This document shows positions 57,203 through 64,000 of a stretch of 64,000 nucleotides of DNA, one piece after another. Source of the DNA: Bacillota bacterium (GTDB lineage Bacteria > Bacillota > UBA994); contig JAGXTJ010000055.1 of assembly GCA_018333655.1 (NCBI GenBank), forward strand, positions 103,659 to 167,658. Reading direction: 5' to 3'. Below the pieces are notes generated by a model, which worked only from the letters and a program-made list of their open reading frames with translations, did not search any database and was not told where the DNA came from. Within the stretch, counting starts at the first letter, position 1, and every line of letters starts with the position of its first letter. The position numbers and the translations under genes were made by a program.

Positions 57203-58924
57203 CTAGAAACCGAGATTATCGAAGGCTGCTAAAGGCACCACTGCTTCATCTGTGTCCAGATAAGAAAGCGATACGCGGTCGCCCACCGCAGTCACCGCAA
57301 TTTCTGCGCTAAGCGAGGCCGTAGCGGTAAATATGCGCTCCGAACCTGTGACCCGCAGGAAGAACACCGTTTGTCCGTCGGAAGTTGCAGAGCCAATCCG
57401 CGACACCACGCCCTCATGGGTCTGTAGCGCGGCTATGCCAGTCGGTACGATGCCGCCAATGCCCTGCCCTAGGTACTGCTTGTAGGCCATCACTGCTTGC
57501 AACATGGTCGGTTCCACGATGGTGCGCCCAGTACGGGCGTTGACGATACCTACTGCCTTTAAGATATTTGTTTCTGACAAGACAGGCACTACGTAGGACT
57601 CCGCGCCGTAGAGGTTGTAGAGCAGAGGCTGCGCCCCCCTCCACCCCACGAAGTCTGCCACTGCTGCATTGACCGAGGCTACCGCTGCGGCCTCATTAAA
57701 TATGCCCACGGCATCTTTGTAGTAAACAATTTCACCTGTGCGACCATCCATCATGGTGTAACCCATGAGCGAGTCGTCTTCACCCGGTGAAGTATGCCCG
57801 GTAAACCAGTAAAACCGCCCGTCTGGGCCCACCACACCAAAGACATCTACCTCGCCCTCCCACGCGGTCGGCAGATGCACATCGCGCTGACCAATGACAG
57901 AGTTCCAGTAACCATGTACAAATCGGCCAAACCAAGAATTGTGCGCTTCGGCAACTTGTTCGGGGATTACTTGGTCAACCCAAGTGGGCACCTCAGCCAG
58001 AGCATACTCACGCATTTCTCCCGTGGCGGGGTCAACAATTACTACGCCTGTCACCACTGTGCCCGTCTTACCAACTGTAGGACGCCCAATGCTCATGACC
58101 CACCTAGGATTGCGTTCGTCGTCCAACTCAAAACTAGGGCCAAGTAGCAGCACGTCTCCATACTGCCCATAGACGTGACGGAAGAGGTCGCTGGCAAAGA
58201 AGGCCCCACGGGTGTACTTTAGTGGTGCGGGCACAAACTCGGCTGGCGCACCCGCATCCTCAGCGTCTACCATGACAAAGCCCGGCGCCTCGCGAAAGCT
58301 CCACCAGCGCATCAGGCCGCGAAAGTCTAGCGGCGCGACCCAGTAGAGCTCCCCATCTACCATCTGTATATTTAAGTGCCCTATTTCAAAGCCTGCGCCC
58401 ATGCCGCCTAGGATTTTGTCCGCGCGCCATCTGGCGTTCTCAATAGGCACCAGCCTGATATGCTCAAGGTGCATGACGGGCAAGGGCTCTGTGGCTAGCC
58501 TGACCACCGGTGTGTCTCTAAGCTCGGTAGCGTGAAACGGCACCACCAGTACATTGAGATAGAATGACACTCCTAGGGTACCAACAAAGAGCAGCGACAG
58601 TAGCCAGCCAACCCTCTTTGCTGGCTTCTTTTTCCCCGTCCATACTTCAAGCATGGTGGCAGTAATATTGAGGGCCAGTGGCAGTAGCACCACAGTGTAG
58701 CCCACGTTCGGCACAAGGGCGGGCAAAGTTAAGTACACCCACAACAGACAAAGCGGCGCACCAACAACTAAGCGCCAGACCTGCCCATGCAGGTAGCGCT
58801 TCATATTACCAAGCAACAAGTCAAACCGCAGATTAATCAGGCCAAGCAGCATGATTAGGAACACATTAAACACGCTAATCCCCCCTTGTATGGTTACAAA
58901 CCTACTACGCAGCGTTCTGCCCAT
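57203..58924 (-). CDS. Hypothetical polytopic membrane protein with a large extracytoplasmic domain (573 aa)
   Basis: There are 4-5 N-terminal TM helices, then about 430 aa soluble and a C-terminal Ala/Thr/Ser-rich region. No family is recognised. The start may be at the internal Met of MKRYLHG. Confidence 0.45.
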   Translation of the reverse strand: MGRTLRSRFVTIQGGISVFNVFLIMLLGLINLRFDLLLGNMKRYLHGQVWRLVVGAPLCLLWVYLTLPALVPNVGYTVVLLPLALNITATMLEVWTGKKKPAKRVGWLLSLLFVGTLGVSFYLNVLVVPFHATELRDTPVVRLATEPLPVMHLEHIRLVPIENARWRADKILGGMGAGFEIGHLNIQMVDGELYWVAPLDFRGLMRWWSFREAPGFVMVDAEDAGAPAEFVPAPLKYTRGAFFASDLFRHVYGQYGDVLLLGPSFELDDERNPRWVMSIGRPTVGKTGTVVTGVVIVDPATGEMREYALAEVPTWVDQVIPEQVAEAHNSWFGRFVHGYWNSVIGQRDVHLPTAWEGEVDVFGVVGPDGRFYWFTGHTSPGEDDSLMGYTMMDGRTGEIVYYKDAVGIFNEAAAVASVNAAVADFVGWRGAQPLLYNLYGAESYVVPVLSETNILKAVGIVNARTGRTIVEPTMLQAVMAYKQYLGQGIGGIVPTGIAALQTHEGVVSRIGSATSDGQTVFFLRVTGSERIFTATASLSAEIAVTAVGDRVSLSYLDTDEAVVPLAAFDNLGF

Positions 58925-59021
58925 AGTTTCAGCTCCACAATTCTTGCAGGACTAAGTTATTCGCGTGGCGAAATACTCTGATTTAGAAGTCACCACCAAG
59001 TACAGGTAAGGGGGAGCTACT

Positions 59022-60815
59022 TTGTCTAAACAACTGACACGAGCCGAGATACGGGAGCAGGAAACCTGGAACTTAAACGACATTTTTTCTTCTGTAGAGG
59101 AGTGGGAGGCCGAAATGGCCGCTTTGCCGCCCCTCATTTCTGCTGTCACACAGTACAAAGGCCTCCTAGATAGAGGCGCACTGACACTTCTCGACTGTCT
59201 TCTGGCTCACGAGGCCTTGCAGAAACGTGCTACCAAAGTCTTTGCTTACGCCTCTCTAAGTATTTCTAGCGACGGCACCAACCCCTCGTTCCAGGTGATG
59301 GCCAGTAAAGCCGGAGCCGCCATGGCACATCTTCAGGCGCAAACCTCTTTCGTGCTCTCTGAAGCCCTGTCACTTCCTGCGGGACGACTCGAGCAATATC
59401 TAGAAGACGAACCCGCCCTAGACCCTTTTCGTATTACCATAGAAAAGTGGCTAGAAAAAAGACCCCACATGCTTAGCCCCGAGACGGAGATGGCACTCGC
59501 GGCCTTCGGGCAGGTTCTTAACGCTCCCGCCGAGGTGTATGAGACCTCGCGCACGGCAGACCTCGCCTTTGATGCGGTGGCAGACAGCACTGGCAAGCTC
59601 TACCCCATGTCACTAGGCAGGCATGAAACCGCTGCAGACACATTCCTGCGTAGAAATGCCTACGCGGAGCAAACCAAGGGGCTTAAAAGATACCTACACA
59701 CCTACGGCACCGCTTGGGGCACCGAAGTAAAAAAGAATGTAGTAGCCGCTAAACTGCGAGGCTATGACTCTGCCGTGCACATGCTTCTTGATCAGCAAGA
59801 AGTGAACATCGATATCTACAACAACATTCATGATGTCATTCTCACTGAGTTAGCCCCCCATATGCGCCGCTATGCTAGTCTACGTAAGCGCGTGCTCAAA
59901 CTTGAGCAACTGCTCTACTGCGACATCGAGGCGCCGCTCGACCCTAGCTACAACCCCGAGACCACCTATGAAGAAGCCTGCCAACTCGTGCTCGAAGGCC
60001 TCCGTGTACTTGGCCCCGAGTACGCACAAATCATGGCAGACGGGCTGCAAAACCGCTGGATAGACAGGGCCGACAACATCGGCAAGCGAACAGGAGCCTT
60101 CTGCAATTCTGTTTATGGCGTGCACCCCTACATCAGCATGAGCTGGGGCAACCGCATGCGCAATGCCTTAACACTAGCGCATGAGCTAGGCCATGCGGGG
60201 CAAGGCGTACTGGCGCAGCGCTACCAAAGGCTAGCCAACACCAGGCCCACCATGTTCTTTATCGAGGCACCATCAACCATTAATGAACTGCTCGTCGCGG
60301 ATCGTATTTTGGCTTTAAGCACGAGCAATGAGATGCGCCGCTGGCTTATGATGCAGCTACTCATGACCTACTACCATAACTTTGTGCGCCACCTCATTGA
60401 AGGCGAGTTGCAGCGCCGCACTTACGGCCTAGCAGAGGCAGGGCAGCCCATCACCGCCACCGTCCTTAACAAAGTGCAAGGCGAGATACTGGCCGAGTTC
60501 TGGGGCGACGAAGTCACACTTGACGAAGGAGCAGAGATGGTATGGATGCGACAAGCTCACTACTACCGCGGGCTCTACCCCTACAGCTATGCCGCAGGGC
60601 TCACCATCGGCACGGCAGTAGCCCAGGCTATCCAAAGCGAAGGCGCCGCGGCAGCCGAGCGCTGGGTTAATGTGCTTAAGGCTGGCGGCACTCTCAAGCC
60701 CCTCGCCCTAGCCAAAATGGCCGGCGTCGACATGACCAACAAAAAAGCCATCCAGCAGGCCGTGGCCTATGTGGGATGGCTGGTTGACGAGGTGGAGAAG
60801 AGTTTTTCGTGTTGA
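59022..60815 (+). CDS. pepF: Oligoendopeptidase F (M3B family)
   Basis: It has the HELGHAGQ zinc motif in a roughly 600-aa M3B architecture. Confidence 0.85.
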   Translation: MSKQLTRAEIREQETWNLNDIFSSVEEWEAEMAALPPLISAVTQYKGLLDRGALTLLDCLLAHEALQKRATKVFAYASLSISSDGTNPSFQVMASKAGAAMAHLQAQTSFVLSEALSLPAGRLEQYLEDEPALDPFRITIEKWLEKRPHMLSPETEMALAAFGQVLNAPAEVYETSRTADLAFDAVADSTGKLYPMSLGRHETAADTFLRRNAYAEQTKGLKRYLHTYGTAWGTEVKKNVVAAKLRGYDSAVHMLLDQQEVNIDIYNNIHDVILTELAPHMRRYASLRKRVLKLEQLLYCDIEAPLDPSYNPETTYEEACQLVLEGLRVLGPEYAQIMADGLQNRWIDRADNIGKRTGAFCNSVYGVHPYISMSWGNRMRNALTLAHELGHAGQGVLAQRYQRLANTRPTMFFIEAPSTINELLVADRILALSTSNEMRRWLMMQLLMTYYHNFVRHLIEGELQRRTYGLAEAGQPITATVLNKVQGEILAEFWGDEVTLDEGAEMVWMRQAHYYRGLYPYSYAAGLTIGTAVAQAIQSEGAAAAERWVNVLKAGGTLKPLALAKMAGVDMTNKKAIQQAVAYVGWLVDEVEKSFSC

Positions 60816-60828
60816 AGACGACTACGTT

Positions 60829-61620
60829 CTAACCCTTAGTCGCAATGACAAGCATCTCAAAGTCCTTAGTCGTAAGCTTGTCGTTACGGCTGAAAGCGCC
60901 GAGTTTAGCCCCGAAGATTTCGATGCTGTGAAAACCGAGGGATTTTAGTAGCCAAGTCATCTCGGAGGGCACATAGTATCTTTCGTTACACTCTAGTTCT
61001 CTTTTGAGGCCTGCGTCGTCTTCGAAAGTGGTCACATTGTGGTCGCGAAAAGTCATAAGATCGAAGCTATGGTCCGCATACTGCGCGTCAGTACTCTTAG
61101 AGTCGGCAGAAAAGAATTGTTGCATCGAATTAAAGAGAGGGAACAGACCATTCAAGGTCGTCAAAATAAACTTGCCGCCGGGGGCAAGGGCTTTGGCGGC
61201 CTTGCTGAGGATTTCATAGTTCATCTCATCTGTCTCCATTAAAGGAAAGGCGCCCTCGCACAGCATAATAGCGAGATCAAACTCTTGGCAGAAGGCGAGC
61301 TGCCTGGCATCTCCTTGGCGAAAGTCGACCTCTACGCCAAGAGCCGCAGCCTTTTCTCGGGCGCGCTTAAGCTGAGATAGTGACAAGTCGACGCCTACCA
61401 CGCTGTAGCCGCGCCGCGCCAGTTCAATTGAGTGCCTGCCCGTCCCGCAGCCAATGTCTAGGATGCGAGTTGCTTTGTTATGCTGCACTTCTTGCTCTAT
61501 GAAGTCGCACTCACCAAGCGTCCCTTGTGCGAAGCTTTCTTGGTCATACTTCTGTCCGTAATTGGCGAAGAGCTCTTCGTACCACTGTTTCAAACTATCA
61601 CTCCTAACATCATCGTTCAA
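60829..61620 (-). CDS. Class I SAM-dependent methyltransferase
   Basis: Motif I is ILDIGCGTGRHS, and there is a downstream acidic loop. Confidence 0.75.
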   Translation of the reverse strand: MNDDVRSDSLKQWYEELFANYGQKYDQESFAQGTLGECDFIEQEVQHNKATRILDIGCGTGRHSIELARRGYSVVGVDLSLSQLKRAREKAAALGVEVDFRQGDARQLAFCQEFDLAIMLCEGAFPLMETDEMNYEILSKAAKALAPGGKFILTTLNGLFPLFNSMQQFFSADSKSTDAQYADHSFDLMTFRDHNVTTFEDDAGLKRELECNERYYVPSEMTWLLKSLGFHSIEIFGAKLGAFSRNDKLTTKDFEMLVIATKG

Positions 61621-61625
61621 ATCGC

Positions 61626-62900
61626 CTAGTCAACTTTTACAAAGGCGGCTAGCACGCTCACCATTACCGCTGCCACGATGCCGCCCGCAAAGCCGTTGTT
61701 GTAAAGATTCATACCGCCATGCAGGAAACCAACATTCATAACGACTGATAGGTGGATAAACCCCGCAATTACACCAGCGATAATTCCGAATTTACCAGCT
61801 ATAGGCGCCAAAGTAGTGCCGAAAAGGGCTGCTAAGACGGCTCCGGGGTCAGAAGGAGCCCATGTTTGCACCATTGTTCCCATGTAGACACCGAGCATAA
61901 TCGGAACAATATTCTTGATGTGCTTACCAAAGGCACCAAAACCAACCATGGTCAGCACGCCACCTAGCGTGGGGCCATTTAGTTCTGCACCACAGAGCAA
62001 GAGGTAGGCTATGCCGATTAAACCAACCAGACCCATATTGACAAATGTAGCCCCGGTGCCATTCAGACTCGTAAAGTCTGAGGGCACGACGCCCGTACTA
62101 CCTACTAATTTACCCAGTAACTTGAATGAGTTCGCATCAAGCCACAGGCCAAGCAAGACCAATGACACAAAGTAGGCCACGAAAATTGGCACAAGAGTAG
62201 CGTTGTAGCCCTCACCCCAGATAAGCGTCGCCTTATTCTGCAAGCCATAGCCGCGAAACAGGGCCATAAAAACGGTGCCTGCAATTCCGCCGGTAACCCC
62301 AATATTGTATATATTGTAGCCCTTGTGGAATGTCAGGCAGTGCGCTGCCAATGGCGGCAGTATGAACCCGGCAATGGTGCCAAAGAGAACGCCTAGCGCG
62401 ACCCCCACGGCCGGGCTGAAATCAAAGCCCACGGCGAGCTGGCTCACCATCGGCGCTAGGGTAGTGCCAAAGAGGGCTGGCGCGATGAACTTCTTAAAGG
62501 GCTCTTTTTTTATCACGGCAAAGAGATATACCCCCAAGAAGATGGGCCATACGTTCACTATATTTTTACCAAACAAGGCAAAGCCAGCCATGGTGAAGAT
62601 GGCGGCAATTACTGCGCCAGAGATAGTTGCCTTAGAGACAGCGACTACAGCTAGGCCGATCAAAGCGACCAAGCCGCTATTTACTAGGGCCGCTCCCACG
62701 CCACCGACAACCATGTAATCGGTAAGGAGAATGCCGGGGGATTGCAAAATAGCCAATATCCCACTATACACTTCCGCAGAATCAACCATAAATAGACCGA
62801 GAAGTACTAACGCCGTAGCGTATGCCGCGAGAATGCGAAATTTCACTTGATCGCCAATCATTTTCGCTTCCTGAACGGCCGCTAAACCCACATGAGACAT
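61626..62900 (-). CDS. Polytopic membrane protein with an internal duplication (DUF1576-like)
   Basis: It has about 12 TM segments, and its two halves are similar (…NIYNIGVTGGIAG… / …NLYNNGFAGGIVA…). Confidence 0.45.
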   Translation of the reverse strand: MSHVGLAAVQEAKMIGDQVKFRILAAYATALVLLGLFMVDSAEVYSGILAILQSPGILLTDYMVVGGVGAALVNSGLVALIGLAVVAVSKATISGAVIAAIFTMAGFALFGKNIVNVWPIFLGVYLFAVIKKEPFKKFIAPALFGTTLAPMVSQLAVGFDFSPAVGVALGVLFGTIAGFILPPLAAHCLTFHKGYNIYNIGVTGGIAGTVFMALFRGYGLQNKATLIWGEGYNATLVPIFVAYFVSLVLLGLWLDANSFKLLGKLVGSTGVVPSDFTSLNGTGATFVNMGLVGLIGIAYLLLCGAELNGPTLGGVLTMVGFGAFGKHIKNIVPIMLGVYMGTMVQTWAPSDPGAVLAALFGTTLAPIAGKFGIIAGVIAGFIHLSVVMNVGFLHGGMNLYNNGFAGGIVAAVMVSVLAAFVKVD

Positions 62901-63289
62901 TTTTTATCTCCCCTTATACCATTCTAGATGCCTCGTCAGCCGCACATATATCTTCCTTGAACACTCCTACGTAGACCTCGGAGTAACAGCAAACACATCA
63001 ATTCTACTTGTTTGCCTAGCTGCATACAAGTAGATTCTGTCCCCTCTTTGTAAAGTAAATTTTGCAATTTGCGTTGATGGGTGCCTCCACCTAGATAGTG
63101 CGGGTGAACAAGAGGAATGTGAAGTCCTCTTGTCAATCGAACATGTACATGAATCCGGTCAACCCGCGCGAGGCACAACTCACCGCCCTCACCCGCGACG
63201 GCTTTTTCCGCCGCGAGGGGCATGATACTTAATAGTACAGCAACGGCACCTGTGGCTCCCTACATGGTACAGCCAAGAAGGAGGACGAA

Positions 63290-64000
63290 ATGAATACTAC
63301 CGGATGGAACTTTGACCACACTTATGCCCTTCTTCCGCCAAAGTTCTATGAGTTAAGGTCCCCCACACCTGTGCGCACTCCGGAATTAGTGCTAATTAAC
63401 GCAGAACTAGCCGCGGAGCTAGGGCTCTGCCCAGAAGCTTTGCGCAGTAAAGAGGGCACCTTGGAGCTTGCTGGCAATAAGATGCCAGAGGGCGCCCTAA
63501 CGCTGGCACAGGCCTATGCAGGGCATCAGTATGGGCATTTCACTATGTTAGGAGACGGGCGCGCGCTCCTACTGGGCGAGCAAATTGCCCCAAGCGGCGA
63601 GCGCTTTGATATCGGGCTTAAAGGTTCTGGTCGCACCGCATTTTCACGCGGTGGAGATGGACGAGCTCATCTTGCCCCCATGCTGCGCGAATACGTGATT
63701 AGCGAGGCCATGCATGCTCTTGGCATACCCACCACACGCAGCCTAGCAGTTGTGCGCACTGGCGAAGTGGTAAGGCGCGAAACTGCGCTGCCCGGCGCAA
63801 TTCTTACGCGCATAGCGCGAAGCCATCTTCGCGTCGGCACTGTGCAGTACGCCGCTCAGTGGGGAGAAGGAGACGACCTGCGCGCCCTAGCAGACTACGC
63901 CATCAAGCGACACTTCCCTGAGCTACTAGGGGAGGCAGGACGCTACTTGCTCCTCCTTAAGGAAGTTGTGAAACGCCAAGCGGCCCTCGTAGCCAAGTGG
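63290..64000 (+). CDS. selO: Protein adenylyltransferase SelO (YdiU/UPF0061), N-terminal part; continues beyond the window
   Basis: It has the SelO kinase-like motifs [17 protein letters not shown] and …[13 protein letters not shown]…, with an ATG at 63290 behind an AAGGAGGA RBS. It is absent from the ORF track because there is no in-window stop. Confidence 0.8.
   Translation, partial: MNTTGWNFDHTYALLPPKFYELRSPTPVRTPELVLINAELAAELGLCPEALRSKEGTLELAGNKMPEGALTLAQAYAGHQYGHFTMLGDGRALLLGEQIAPSGERFDIGLKGSGRTAFSRGGDGRAHLAPMLREYVISEAMHALGIPTTRSLAVVRTGEVVRRETALPGAILTRIARSHLRVGTVQYAAQWGEGDDLRALADYAIKRHFPELLGEAGRYLLLLKEVVKRQAALVAKW

Noticed and set aside
62936-63223. A 95-aa minus-strand ORF in the selO leader
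   Set aside because: It has no RBS, shows no similarity to anything I recognise, and lies in a region better explained as a 5' leader.
1-64000. Mobile elements, CRISPR arrays, toxin-antitoxin or restriction-modification / defence genes
   Set aside because: I saw no transposase, integrase or recombinase ORFs, no regularly spaced direct repeats, and no nuclease/helicase/methylase pairs. The only repeat family is the short intergenic inverted repeat reported above.

Overview
This 64 kb window is a chromosomal segment of a moderately GC-rich (~55-58%) genome that looks like an anaerobic, endospore-forming Firmicute. It is densely coding, with about 60 genes, mostly on the minus strand. Supporting this lifestyle are a gerA-type germinant receptor operon, selenium-dependent molybdenum-hydroxylase maturation genes and an Etf fused to a ferredoxin domain. 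I found no rRNA or tRNA genes, CRISPR arrays, or transposase/integrase genes. The ORF track calls ATG, GTG and TTG as starts and gives the longest frame, so I re-trimmed several 5' ends by RBS and paralog alignment.

Gene content in order:
1. An acyl-CoA dehydrogenase/EtfB/EtfA(ferredoxin-fused)/MaoC operon.
2. Two tandem EamA/DMT transporter paralogs, each with its own extended -10 promoter.
3. ftsE-ftsX followed by a coiled-coil protein whose C-terminus looks like DUF3048 rather than a peptidase.
4. A TetR-RND-MFS efflux block with a near-perfect palindromic operator, and a prolyl oligopeptidase.
5. A roughly 15 kb block (18.5-33.8 kb) carrying a UraA-like uracil permease, a three-subunit selenium-dependent xanthine-dehydrogenase-family molybdenum hydroxylase, a nitrilase-superfamily amidohydrolase, a cyclase-family hydrolase and a maturation operon (MoeA-like, YqeC-MocA fusion, XdhC, YqeB, family III CoA-transferase, Eis-like GNAT).
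6. An ABC-2 exporter, a pseudouridine kinase gene and a pseudouridine-5'-phosphate glycosidase gene fused in frame to a family I inorganic pyrophosphatase, and FdrA/YlbE (AllF/AllG-like).
7. A YbiT-like ABC-F, an AAC(6')-Ii-like GNAT, DeoD, gerAA-AB-AC, a PAS-GAF-GGDEF protein, a NUDIX hydrolase, thioredoxin, MFS transporters, a NapH-like/FNR-like fusion, an NPP-family phosphodiesterase, a 573-aa unknown membrane protein, PepF, a SAM methyltransferase, a DUF1576-like membrane protein and the start of SelO.

The most interesting hypothesis is that the uracil-permease-linked, selenium-dependent hydroxylase block, together with psuKG/deoD and fdrA/ylbE, forms an undescribed anaerobic pyrimidine or N-heterocycle catabolic island. 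The PsuG-pyrophosphatase fusion, the FtsEX-associated DUF3048 protein and a small dispersed inverted-repeat family are the other items I would follow up first.
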